DNA of 63,963 bases, the filler included, from Dugesia japonica (taxonomy: Eukaryota), in the NCBI GenBank assembly GCA_001938525.1. It is 6 parts of 6 records of this genome, joined end to end, with 100 filler letters (N's around TTAATTAATTAA, not from the genome) between each part and the next. Parts side by side here need not be neighbours in the genome. Positions count along the whole stretch, not along the records: positions 9,576 to 23,489 come from MQRL01639600.1; positions 23,590 to 33,343 come from MQRL01629468.1; 4 more parts are not named here. One strand, given 5' to 3'. Every line of letters begins with the position of its first letter. The stretch's first letter is position 1. A program made the translations under genes and the position numbers. The notes below the pieces were generated by a model that saw only the letters and a list, made by a program, of their open reading frames with translations, searched no databases and was not told the DNA's origin. Below, piece after piece: positions 13,208-25,899 of this stretch.

Positions 13208-13420
13208 TAATTTCTTTTAATATAAAAGCTTTGGTCAAAATTTCGGGTTTTTTTATTGATTTTGGATAACAATTCGATATTTCGACCTTGTCTTCGTCGG
13301 GAATTGAAAGGAAAAAAGTCAATTCCTGACGAAGACAATGTCGAAATATTAAATTGTTATCCAATATCAATAAAAAAAACCAAAAATTTTGATCAAAGCT
13401 TTTATATTAAATGAATTCTA
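13208..13420. repeat. Inverted pair of Penelope pseudo-LTR fragments, each with a minimal hammerhead ribozyme motif
   Basis: Palindrome of about 210 bp. Hammerhead motifs at 13270-13306 (-, core mutated to CCGACGA) and 13320-13356 (+, CTGACGA-agacaatgtc-GAAA). Confidence 0.75.
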
Positions 13421-14559
13421 TAAAANNNNNNNNNNNNNNNNNNNNNNNNNNNNNNNNNNNNNNNNNNNNNNNNNNNNNTATAATAATTTGTTAAATATTT
13501 ATCATTCTTATAATAATTTTATAAAAATCTTTATTGAAAACTTTTAATTTTAATTAAATATTTTAAATTTTATAATATTTTAAATTTACAATACAATTTA
13601 AAAAATATTAACGATAATTTTTTTTAAAAAAATTAATGAAACTATGTTTAAATTGAAAAATTAAGCAGGCGTTAATTTCCCTTATAATTAGAACTTGTGT
13701 TGAAAAAATGAATAAATAATATAAGAAATTGAATTAAATTTCAAAGTTAAAAAATTACTATTTTCATTTTTCAAAGAAGGAATATATTCATTTAAACACT
13801 ATTAATTAGTGCAACCTTTTTGAAAAAAGGATTAAATGTATTATCAAAAAAACCCATGAACTACATATATATATATATAAACAGTCACCTAGAAGTATCA
13901 ATTACTCTGATTTATTGCAATGAAGAAATTATAGGTAATAAAATGAGTAAATTATTACATTCATATTTCGCATGCTCAGTATGAGTCTTTCAGCTATATT
14001 TTACTTTAGAAAGAGTTAATGCGGCTTCCATTTAACAAATGGCTTAAACATAAGTTGAGAGATACATCACTTCAAAAAGATTTCAAATCTGTACTTGATT
14101 GTTGGAAATGAATCGCGAAAACAAATTACTCCGGAAGATGACGAAACGTGGATATATAAGGAGAACGGTATCAATAATTGGCGTAAGTTATGGCTTGGGG
14201 TTGTTGACGAACCATTTACTGAGAAACGAAAGAATTTTCAGACTAAACACATTTTCTAACAGTATTTTGTGGCTATAAAAGAATAGTAATTATGAATATC
14301 TTTCCTTGTCAAGATAATTGCAGCAAGTTAATACTTTTTCTGTTCAATAATTTTTAATATCCTGTCTTCGGAGAAAAAAGACGGCAGATAACAATTTTCT
14401 GTATTTATCTTCATATGAAAACTGTAAGAAATAGTTCCGACCATAGTAGATTTTTAAATTTTTAAAATAAATATTTAAAATAGTATATTTTATAAATATG
14501 TATAATTAAAATCATTTGATTTATATTTTCTTTTTGAGCATTATAATTAATTTGTTAAA

Positions 14560-14630
14560 TGGGTTTATTGGGTTTATTGGGTTTAATAGGTTTATTTGGC
14601 TAATTCAGTTTAATAGGTTTATTGGGTTTT
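14560..14630. repeat. Degenerate 9-bp tandem repeat (TGGGTTTAT)n
   Basis: tgggtttattgggtttattgggtttaataggtttat... Confidence 0.8.
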
Positions 14631-14787
14631 GTGTATTTTACATGTCTATTGAATTTTATATTAACAAATGAAATTAAAACAAATAGTTCTGACTTTAGAT
14701 AACGTGAATAATAATATCGGTTGGTGCTAGCCCGCCAATTTTCATGGATACAAAATTTGGTTCATGATGAGCTCCATCAAATATACG

Positions 14788-17700
14788 AGTAAAAAGACTT
14801 GCCATTAATATTAAGTATTTATTTAAGAATATATATTTTGTATTATTCAAACAAAATTGATTATTTAAATAATTGCTATTTTCTAACTTCCATCTCCATA
14901 GAAATTGAAACTCGTTTTAACCATTCAACTCATCTTGACTTTGGTTTATCTGGAAAATTCAGTAAGACTTGATGGGGACTTTAAAAACTTAATAATCTTA
15001 TACGGCCTATCATATCTGTCTCCTTTTTTATGAATATTATGAGGTTCCTTTTTTACAAGAACATTTTCACCAATTGCAAATTGTCTGTGACCTCTTGTAN
15101 NNNNNNNNNNNNNNNNNNNNNNNNNNNNNNNNNNNNNNNNNNNNNNNNNTTACAAGAACATTTTCACCAATTGCAAATTGTCTGTGACCTCTTGTATCTG
15201 ATTCGTACTTTCTCATTTCTTCCGCAACTCGTTTTAGTTCTACTTTTGTTTCATTGATCACTTGTTCATGATTAGAGGGCTCATTTCTCGAAAACCCATG
15301 TAACAACACTTTTCGCCCATATAGAACTTAAAATGTAGATCTTTTAATAGCGCTTTAATATATTGTATTAATTGAAAATTTAATCTTGGGAATGTATTTA
15401 TCCCAAGTAAATCTATTCTTATCACTATTCATTGAAGTGACTTACATATCTCTGACTGTTCTAATTGCTCGCTATGTTAGACCGTTGACTTGATGTTGGT
15501 AAGGTGATGTGAATTTCTATGTAATTCCAAATCTTACAGACATTTCGCTCCTTTTGCTACCTTCAAAAACTCTACCCCGATAAGATCATAAGATTGATTT
15601 TGGTTTTCCAAATCGGTAAATCCATNNNNNNNNNNNNNNNNNNNNNNNNNNNNNNNNNNNNNNNNNNNNNNNNNNNNNNNNNNNNNNNNNNNNNNNNNNN
15701 NNNNNNNNNNNCAAGTACTTTTGATAAGACTTATACTCAGAAAAGTAGGCCACATCTATTACAATTTGTTCCGATTGTCCAAATTTCTCTCTTGGTAATA
15801 ATAGTTCTTTTGTTCGACCAGTGTAGACCTTTCTTTTAGCACATATTTCACATTTTTGAATTTCATGTTCTATTTTTCTACTCATATCAAGCCAGAAATA
15901 TATCTCTTGAATATATTCCACTATTTGCTTGCTTCCCAAATGATATAGTTCTTTTGCAAGTATTTAACTAATTTTGGTGAGTGATTTTCTGGTATAACGA
16001 TTAGTTTCTTCTCTTGTTCATCTTTAATCACAATATTCCCACATAATTTGAATTTATCTAAACTTTTAAAATATCTGCTTTACTTCACGTCCATAGTAAC
16101 ATTATTATCCAAGCCTTGTAACCATCGTGATATTGATNNNNNNNNNNNNNNNNNNNNNNNCAACTCTTCAATATTTTCGTCATAAAATACATTTTCGTTT
16201 AAACTGTTTAAAAATCGAATTTTCGATTTAGTCCGTTTACAATCATGGTGTTTAGTTAAGCATTGAGTACACAGCGTTTCATTTATTCTGGAAAGCTTTT
16301 CAGCATTACTGTGATCCATTCTTTTTCGATATTCTAAATCAAAATTAAATCCAGAAAGATTATCAAACCAAGCCTGAAAAAGGACTAATTGGTTTATTTG
16401 TTTTTTTCATATATGGTCAGTTCTTATTTTAAACTTTTGCCCAATCAAATAATGCTTAAAATGCATAAAAAAATTCACGAATAACCAAAAGTTCTTTTCT
16501 GGTTACACAATAACCTTTCTTATGAGAATTTAAAACTCTCGACGCAAAACCTATAACTTTTTCCTCACTTTTGTTATCGTTTTGGCTTGGAACAGCTCAA
16601 TAGCTCCAAAACTTGCATCAGTGTCCAAGAATCATTTTTTTGATGGATCAGTAAATGCTAATATTGGTACTGTAGTTAATTCATNCTTTAGCTTTTGGAA
16701 ACTACTTTCAGTCTCTTTGGATTACTCGATCAATTTTTCATTTCCTGATATCATTGCATACAGTGGTGAAGTAATAGTTGCATAATCTTTGATAAATCGA
16801 CGATAATGATTAGTTAGTCCCAAAAATGATCTTAATTTCGTAACAGAACCTGAGATTGGTGCTTCTGTAATTTTTTAATTTTATCATCATTTGTTTGAAT
16901 TCCTTTTTGACTAATTGTGTGTTTATGTCAGGTACAGTAAATAAAAATTTTTCAGTTATTTCATTTAACCGTCAAAAATTCAAACACATCTGGATAGAAT
17001 CATCTTTCTTTGGTACTATCACTAAAGGAAAATTTCATAGGCTTTTACATGATCGTATAATTTTCGATTCTAACAAATCTTCAATTAATTTATCAACTTT
17101 ATCTTTTAAATGCATTGGTTGTCTTCTTGGATTTTGAGAAATCGGAGATTCTTTAGTGTTAACATGATGCTTAATCAATGTAGTGATTCCGAAATCAAAT
17201 TTGGATGCCAAAAAAATCGATCCATATTTTTTAATTAGGTTTTCAATAAACGGATTTTTGTCAGCAACATACTTTAATGCCGTTTTAACCCGATCACAAT
17301 CGTATATGTTGTATTTACATCAGAAGAATCAATCAATTTTACGTCTGCCAAGAATACTCCACATAATTTCATCATATCGATTCCACCAATAAAATCAGAA
17401 GAAATACTTTTAACAACCAAAATTTCTTTCATCAAAGGTTTATTTTTCCATACAATTTGTATAAATATCTTACCAAAACATGATTCATGCTTTGAAGAAA
17501 AAACACCTGACAATCTAACTTCTGACTTTATTATACTAGGTGCACCAATTTGGATCCAATTTCTTCACTCATCACTGTTATGGATGCTCCAGAATCGCAC
17601 AATATTTCAATATCACAGCTATTACAATTCATAATACTCCATTGCCGTCCAAACTTCTGAAACATTCTAAATTCTCTGTCATTCGTCTCATCTTCTTCTT

Positions 17701-18953
17701 TTCTATTTCTATTATTAATAGAATTTATTGACTCAACTCCATCGACGAGATGGCTACTGGAAGTTGGTAGGAGTTTTTTCCATTTCGCTTTCATCAATAT
17801 CATGGATTTTATCTAAATTATTCATCTCGTTTGCAATTTGCTCTTCGTCATGAATACATGATATTCTTCCATTTTGATGACCGTTGGTAACCAAATAACC
17901 NCAAATTAACATTTATTCTTAATTGGNCATTCATTTCTTCTATGGATCATATTATCACAACAAAAGCATGCACTTTGTTGTATTATTTCATCACGTGGAG
18001 GTGCTATCCCCCTATACTGATTGTAGAATTTCATTGCAATCATCTTCATCGACTTTTGTGGTCTAATAGCTTGATGGGAAAATTTTCATTATTACTCGGT
18101 TGTGAAAATTTTTTATCTCGATCCTTATATGCAGCAGATTTTTCAGATTGATTTCTATTTTCTGAAGATGTAAAATTTACTGAATTCCTTTCGTGCTCAA
18201 AATGTTTGAACGTTTGTTATAATACCGAGGTTTACTAATTACTTGCGAATATGTTGGTTTCATGACATGTACTTCTCGATGCGGAACCAATTTTTCTAAA
18301 TTCATTGCATATTCTCTTCTTCTTTAGTCAGACATTGATGGNTCTAAGGCAAGGAATTTGCGTAGTTTCTCACTCTGTAATCCTTGCAGAATAAATGCTC
18401 TTGCAATTTTTTCACTTGTTAATTTCTCTTGAAACACATCTGTAACCATTTTTTTAATTCTCAAAATTTCCGTACTTCTCGCCTGTTTTCTGTTTTATTG
18501 AAGACAATTCTGTTACTTTATCATAAATTGATTTTGTATTTGTAAAGGTTTCCATAAACCATTTTTCGGCCTCCTCATTAGTAACAGAATCATTTGAACA
18601 GATAAATTCTTCTCATAACTGTTTCGCATCATCTCTTAAAAGCATATCTAATGCAAAAGCAAATTCCATTTGATAGAATGCCGCAAAAGTCTTCGTTAAG
18701 TGCATGCAATCTNCAGCATCTTGACTAAGACCATCAAACAAACTTGGTTTCGGAATCAACATTTCTTGGGTTTTTTTAAGTAAATTAGAAAAGATCTTTT
18801 GCCTTTCTTTGCGTTTAGCTCTTGCTAACGTATTAATTTTGGAGTGGTGGCCAGTAAAAAGACTTGCCATTAATATTAAGTATTTATTTAAGAATAATTA
18901 TTTTGTATTATTCAAACAAAATTGATTGTTTAAATAATCATTATTTTCTAACT
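14788..18953 (-). mobile_element. Ty3/Gypsy LTR retrotransposon with both ends intact, 101-bp LTRs and decayed ORFs
   Basis: LTRs at 14788-14888 and 18853-18953 with AGT...ACT ends; 5-bp TSD ATACG on both sides. PBS-like TGGCCACCAC and PPT GGAGATGGA. gag, protease ILCDSGASITV, RT start (core deleted), RNase H and integrase (CEIC, IDVA) all present. Confidence 0.93.
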
Positions 18954-19399
18954 ATACGTTTCAAGTAATTATTTATTCTTAATTTCGGTCAAAATAACAA
19001 CATACCATATGCTTTTTATCCAAAAGTGGAGCAAACAATGAAGAGATATTAAATTCCTTATTTGCAAGATTCAACAAAACATTATCAATAAAGAAAAATA
19101 CCTTCATTAATTCATTAGAAATTCTTGAAGGTACCTATGATGATGGTATGCAAATAAAGATATATGGTTATTGATAATGGAAATCCAAGGATACAAGAAA
19201 TCCAAAGACAAAATTGCTACATTACATTATACAATCATAAACTTCATACACTCATAAACCACATATACTCATAAACCCCATACACTCCTGTTGCGTTACA
19301 AATATAATTTGTTTTAATTAACTATTTGTGATATAAAATAATCTTTTGAAATTCAAACTTTGCTGATTATCTTAATGTCATTNTGCTGTGAAATAACAA

Positions 19400-19960
19400 C
19401 CTAAAATGTTTTTGCGGCTTTAGAAAGAGAATTGCTCAGCAAATTGGATAGTCCTGAAATACTGATCACAAATCAAGGGAAGCAATTTATCTCATCAGCA
19501 TTTCAAGAAATGTGTAATAAAAGTAGTATCGATCACAGGACTTGGACAGCATATCGTCCACAATGTAATGGAAAAGTTGATCGATTTCACAGATCCCTGA
19601 AAAACGCACTCAGAGCGCACTGCATTAATGCCAAGAAAACTTNNNNNNNNNNNNNNNNNNNNNNNNNNNNNNNNNNNNNNNNNNNNNNNNNNNNNNNNNN
19701 NNNNNNNNNNNNNNNNNNNNNNNNNNNNNNNNNNNNNCTGAAAATTAGCATTAATTTTGACGAACTATCACCAGAAGAAGTAGAAAAAGAAATAAATAAA
19801 ATAAATAAATAAAATAAATATTGTTATTAATAAAAATTAACGATAATCAACATCGACCGAAACGCAAGACTTTCCTTTCTAATGAATTATACGACTGCAA
19901 ACAAGTGTAGTTAAGAAATGAAAACCCATATGAAGGGTCATTCAAAGTAATCGACCAAAG
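19400..19960 (+). mobile_element. Gypsy integrase fragment
   Basis: PEILITNQGKQFISSAF..TAYRPQCNGKVDRFHRSLK..PYEGSFKV. Confidence 0.85.
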
Positions 19961-20479
19961 TGCAAATATGCAAATTCAGCAGCAGATTCTATAAAAATAA
20001 AGTTCGTAAGGAAGCTAAATTTATTAACGATGCTATCAATGAAACTTACAAAAGTATCATTATTGATCATGTTCCAATTCTTCTCAAAAACCAAGAGTCA
20101 ATGCTTGCAAACACCAAACTAACGGTAATAATTGTAGTCCACTTGTTTGTGGATATATCATAAGTTTTGCTAATGGACTCTCTATTTAAAATATTTACAT
20201 CAATAAAATCAGAGAATGGATCCTTATCAATTATCCAGAACGTGGTTACAACTTACAACAGAATTGTTTGTGTCATGCTTTCTCATATTTTCTCTGGGAA
20301 ATTAAGTTTGGTAATTTTAGGTGATGTTTTTTCTTGATCGGTAAAAACTTCACTATCTAATGATGTAGGTTTCGATACGATTAGAGAAGGAAAATGTTTT
20401 GAAAATTGTCAAAAATTCGGGTTTATCCAATTTTCCTCAGTTTCAGACATGATTTTTCGATTTGTAACTAGGTCAGTCA

Positions 20480-21503
20480 TGATCAGCATAAATGTCTTTA
20501 TTTAATAGACTGCTTGATGATCAAATTTGAGAATAAAAAAATTCCGAAATGATCTTGAAGTCATTCTGAGTCGATTGATGTAAAAAAGTTTTTCAAAATG
20601 TTTCGAAATTTTGGATTCCCATAAAAATTTGATTTAAAAAATTTAAAATTTCATGTTATTTAAACACCGTGGGCTGTTTACTCGAATTTCTGTTAAAAAT
20701 CCAATAAAAAAATTTGAAAACTTAAAAACTTAAACAAATTCGACTTTTCCATGAATTTCCGTAAAAAATTCAACTCAAACTGACCAGACCGATGAAATTA
20801 CTACCCAAATTTACCTAAAGCTGATTCTTGTGAGTAATTAATTGACTAAGACTGTCCAAAACTGTCCACTGTGAGTAAAACTTTGAGAACAACGATTTAA
20901 ATTGGATCAGCTCGAAGAAAAATTCAACCAAAATTGTACAAAATAGATCACTGTGGACAATTAACTGATCACTGTGAGCAAATATTTAACCAGTGAGCAA
21001 ATAATTGACAGAGATTCGATCTCCCAAGGAAATTATTGACTAAGATTACCCAAAACTGTTCATGCCTAGGAAACATTCAACCAAAAAACAACCAAACAAT
21101 CCAAAAATATTTGACCGAAAACGAAGAAAATTTTAACAAANNNNNNNNNNNNNNNNNNNNNNNNNNNNNNNNNNNNNNNNNNNNNNNNNNNNNNNNNNNN
21201 NNNNNNNNNNNNNNNNNNNNNNNNNNNNNNNNNNNNNNNNNNNNNNNNNNNNNNNNNNNNNNNNNNNNNNNNNNNNNNNNNNNNNNNNNNNNNNNNNNNN
21301 NNNNNNNNNNNNNNNNNNNNNNNNNNNGTCCCAAAATCCGACCAATTAAATAAAAAAAATTCGATACCACTTAAAAATATTACGTAAAAATATACAAAAA
21401 ATATTTTCTCAACTGAATACACAGGAAAAATTAGCTCAAATTACATCACTAATCTTGAGGGAAGGGATTAAGCTTTTGGNTAGTCCGCCACTATCTATCT
21501 ACT
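20480..21503. repeat. Degenerate tandem-repeat arm ending in a candidate Polinton terminus
   Basis: Repeated CACTGTGAGCAAATAATTGAC-like units. Ends in CGCCACTATCTATCTACT, whose reverse complement AGTAGATAGATAGTGGCG shares TAGATAGTGGCG with 59454-59465. Confidence 0.4.
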
Positions 21504-22139
21504 TAGATTCAAGTTTGAAATAAAGTTTTTAAATAAAGTATGAAGTATTTAAATATTTTGCCGAAATTAATGAAGTTTGTATAATATGAAATTAATAAAT
21601 TTTTACTTCATTTTTTATGTCTTCCCACTCTTTTATTGTTTTAAAAACATCTTCTACTTTTTCTAATTTTCCTGATTTGATCTAATGTTTTATCTTGCTG
21701 TTATTGCAAATGTAAGAGTAATTCATAGATAATGCATATCTCGGAGAATTTTTTAATTTAATTTGGTATATAATATATTGTATTATATTAATATTATTGT
21801 ATTATATTAATATTATTGTATTATATTTATATTAAAATATATTGGAAATTTTTAAAATAGAAGACATTTTATGTCGAAAGTTTTTTAAAAATTTTATTTG
21901 GTTTAAATAATTGTTANNNNNNNNNNNNNNNNNNNNNNNNNNNNNNNNNNNNNNNNNNNNNNNNNNNNNNNNNNNNNNNNNNNNNNNNNNNNNNNNNNNN
22001 NNNNNNNNNNAAAATATTGAAAATTATAAAATAATTTTGAAAGATTATTGAAATGTATATTATTAGAAAATATTTTGTGTTTAAAAAGAAAATAGATATT
22101 TTTAAGTATAAATTTTATATTCTCAGATATAAATTATTT

Positions 22140-22230
22140 CATTAAAATAAAAGCTTCGATCAAAATTTGTTTTTTGGTTTTTGATAATAATTCTATATTT
22201 TGACTTTGTCTTTGTCAGTAATTGACTTTC
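22140..22230 (-). repeat. Degenerate Penelope pseudo-LTR/hammerhead copy
   Basis: AAAGCTTCGATCAAAATT...TTTTGACTTTGTCTTTGTCAGTAATTGAC is homologous to about 32555-32640. Confidence 0.65.
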
Positions 22231-22479
22231 ATTATCATTTGTTTAAATACGATGTATTATTCTTACATTTTTTTAACTTTAATAAAACAATCGTGATAGT
22301 GAATAAAAATTATGGATAATTGTGAAGTTCTCAATTTAAATAATAGCAACAATTCATTATTTCCTCTATTGTTAAATCCTCTTTGTTCCATTTGTGAGCC
22401 AATAACTTTTTTACCGTTTCTTCTATTTTCTTCCTGTGAGGTTCAAATAATGATTATATATTTTTAAATCACGAATTTT

Positions 22480-23489
22480 AATTTAAATGTCATCACAATA
22501 TGTGCTCGATCTGACGAGACCAAAATCAGTTAATTTCCGGTTGCTGTAAATTAAGAGATTTTGGTAAGACAATGATTTATTTCGATCTATGTCGTTTAAG
22601 TTCACTATGAACTCTATAATTTTAGATAATATAGTTAATNAGCAAATAAATTCGAAGACAAACACAATAAGACTCAACAGTTTATTTTCAAAGACAAAAA
22701 CAAATGATCACGAGAAAACATAAAAACGCAGTTTAATGTCTCAATGCAGATTGTTGAAGTTATTGATTGGTTTTGCTAGAGATCTGAATTTCTGACTGCA
22801 CTTTGAGAAAATCCAGCTCAACCTCTTCATTAGAGAAAGTATCGACATAGGTCAGTAGATGCGCTTTGATTTCTTCGTTTTCCAGTGCCAAAGAGTTGTT
22901 GATTTCTAGGAGCTCAGAGAAGCTTGGATGAAGATCAGCTGCTTTGTTGGTGTTGTGGATCCTCCAAGTGTCTGAGCACTATTGAATGTTGGAGGAAATG
23001 CATTTGACTTTGATGAGGTTCTGCCTCTTTTGCTAACGTTGAGACTGCGAAGGATGTGATCATTTTTAGGACGCCAGCTTCCCAGACAACCCACCACGAA
23101 TGTTGATAATGTGATTTTCCAAGAAGGGAGTTGTTTCTGGAGTTCCTCTTGGAGAGCAGAGTATTTCAAAATATTGGCCGTGTTGGCAGTTTCCATAGAG
23201 CTTTTAAGGTCGTATGGAGTTTTGATATCAATCAGATGGATTTCTTTCTTTGATTTTATTTCCACCTGAAGGTCAACTCGGAGGAGAGTAGAGGATCGGT
23301 TACATTTCTTGTCCTTCAAGATCAGACGTTCTGGATGTTCAGCCTGAAGATGGGAAAACAGGATCTCGACGATTACTTTGTGTTGATTACGGACCATTGA
23401 GCGATTTGCAAGACAGTGGCAGAAAACGTGCCACTGAGTTTCAATTTTAGAATTGCATTTTCTACACATTTGATTTTGATTTCTGAATT
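22480..23489 (-). mobile_element. RLE-type (NeSL/R5/R2-group) non-LTR retrotransposon 3' end
   Basis: CCHC finger CRKC..ETQWHVFCHC, then restriction-like endonuclease RVD..IDIK..KY..L and VVGCLGSW; truncated by the contig end. Confidence 0.9.
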
Positions 23490-23934
23490 NNNNNNNNNNN
23501 NNNNNNNNNNNNNNNNNNNNNNNNNNNNNNNNNTTAATTAATTAANNNNNNNNNNNNNNNNNNNNNNNNNNNNNNNNNNNNNNNNNNNNAACATTGCGAG
23601 TAAATTGCATCATTTAGTAACCGTTCTAGAATTTCAACACAAAAATGATTACATTTTCTGTTTTTATTAATTTATTGAAAGTTTTGAAATTTTCATTAAA
23701 ATTTCTATAAATATCATCAGTGAAGTTGACCATTTTTGTACACTTTTCTTAGCTATTTTCTTAATTATTTTGATTGAGTCTTTCAAATGTTTTATAGTCT
23801 TTAATAAATTATCAATAAAATAAATATCAATATGCAGTTTTGAGGTTTTCCTAATTTAATGTTTTGAGCATCATGTTGAAACAAACAAACATAACCACTG
23901 GGTTTTTAATATATCAATTATTATTATTATTATT

Positions 23935-24170
23935 TAAAATAAAAGCTTCCATCATAATTTGTCTTTTTGAGTTTAATTCAATATTTCGACTTTGTTTTCA
24001 TAAGGAATTGATTTTCTCAATTCCTGACGAAGTTAAAGTCGAAATGTTGAATTAAACTCAAAAACCGAAAAAACAAATTTTGATCGAAGCTTTTATTTTA
24101 AATCAATTCTATAAAACGATCAATGGTTACGTCCAAAAATTATTCTCGCCATAATTGCAATTACAAAATT
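23935..24170. repeat. Second inverted pair of Penelope pseudo-LTR/hammerhead fragments
   Basis: Hammerhead-like motifs at 23975-24010 (-) and 24018-24053 (+, AATTC CTGACGA agttaaagtc GAAA tgtt GAATT). Confidence 0.7.
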
Positions 24171-24243
24171 ATTGTTATTATTATTAATATTATTAAATAA
24201 ATTTCAATTCTAATTGACAGTGCAAAATAATTTATTCAACAAC

Positions 24244-24752
24244 CTTTAATGTAGCTCCAAGTGTTATACCATAAGCTATTCCTATACCAAATCCGGCGAG
24301 TAAACCAAATGATAAAATAACAACCCATAAATACGACTTAAGAGTTGCATACATTAATAGAACATTCAAACTGAAAATTGATACAAAAATTTACAATGAA
24401 TGGAAATAAAACTTTTGCCTCATAAACCACCCTCCTAAAATTGCTGTTAACGAAGAGCCAATTTTCATTTCAATAAATCCTCCAAGTGAAATCGTTGCTC
24501 CAATTCCTAATAAAATTGTTCCAAATAACCAGGAAATATTTTCTAAAGTGCCCTCAGATTGTGAATGACTATTATTTCTCATGTATTCAAAGATCATTCT
24601 TTTAACACCTCCTTTACGTTGTTATCCAGTTAATGAAATAAATTTTTTAATGACAAGTTTATCATACCTGCTGTAAAAAAACCACCAAGAGTTATATTAA
24701 TTATGAATGCTCCAAATATTATAAAATATGGTTGTAATTTGAAATTATACAT
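24244..24752 (-). CDS. Host MFS transporter (oxalate:formate antiporter/MCT-like), first three coding exons: 24752-24668, about 24611-24419, 24370-24244
   Basis: Spliced MYNFKLQPYFIIFGAFIINITLGGFFTAG..EYMR..ISWLFGTILLGIGATISLGGFIEMKIGSSLTAILGGWFMSLNVLL..SFGLLAGFGIGIAYGITLGATLK. MFS motif A-like G.I..KIG.. and GxGxGxAY present; introns are about 50 nt. Confidence 0.85.
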
Positions 24753-24925
24753 TTCTCACAATTTATTAAATTTTTGATTTGTAAAGAATCATATAAATTA
24801 AAATTAATTCCTTAATTTAAGTGAATATCACCCGTATTAAAGATTTTTTTGATCAATTAAAACAAATTTGAAAATTCTAATAGATTATAATAGGTTAATA
24901 GATTATAGTTATTTTTCTTACTTTT

Positions 24926-24926
<1 letters not shown>

Positions 24927-24989
<63 letters not shown>
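24927..24989. repeat. (TAA)n microsatellite; (TTA)n also at 44556-44584 and 44981-45040
   Basis: Direct reading of the sequence. Confidence 0.95.
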
Positions 24990-25899
24990 NNNNNNNNNNN
25001 NNNNNNNNNNNNNNNNNNNNNNNNNNNNNNNNNNNNNNNNNNNNNNNNNNNNNNNNNNNNNNNNNNNNNNNNNNNNNNNNNNNNNNNNNNNNCCGAATAT
25101 CTCTAGCATGATCACCATATTAATTGAAGCAACGTTATTATGAGGCTTTTCAATAGTAACTTTTTTAATTAAAACAACTTGATTCCTTCAACATCTTCAA
25201 AACTATCAATGAACATCACATATTACTGTCATGATGTCTTACTTATATTATGTCTTATAATTCTAAAAATTTAATTAATGATTGCCTAAAATGACAAAAG
25301 GTTTTGATTGCTCAAATAATAATTTCAAATATACATTTATTCTTTTCTGGATTTTCATTATGGCTGTTAATAAGTCTTCTAGCAATTACAGTAGCTAATA
25401 ATATTTAAACAAACTATACTTTAATTAAATTTCATTTTAAATAACGAGTTTCAGTTAATTATTTCATTTGAAAATAAAAAATAAAATATTAAATACAGAA
25501 ACCAATTAACAAAAAATTAGATTTATAAAGAAATTCAAATATTAAAGAATATTTGAAAGACTAAATTTAATGTTAAATTATAATATTATTTTTTTAAAAA
25601 TTTAAAAAAATAAAATTAATTAAAAAAATTAAATGTTTTATAATATTACACAATAATAAAAAAATTAAATAACAAAAAATGATAAAAGAAATAATTAATT
25701 GTAAGTATTAACAATAATCAGCTTATCCAGCAAATGGAAATGGTGATTTTTAAATTTCCGAACAGTTGGTTGATTTTCCAATTCATTTTGTTGTTCATAG
25801 TTCATTGTGAAAATGTAAAATAATAAAATAAATTTATACATAATATTCTTTAATAATTAATTTGATTTATTTAAACAATGTATGTATATATTTTGCAAT

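Noticed and set aside
14560-14630. Telomere-like repeat
   Set aside because: The unit is a degenerate 9-mer, not TTAGGG, and it is short and internal.
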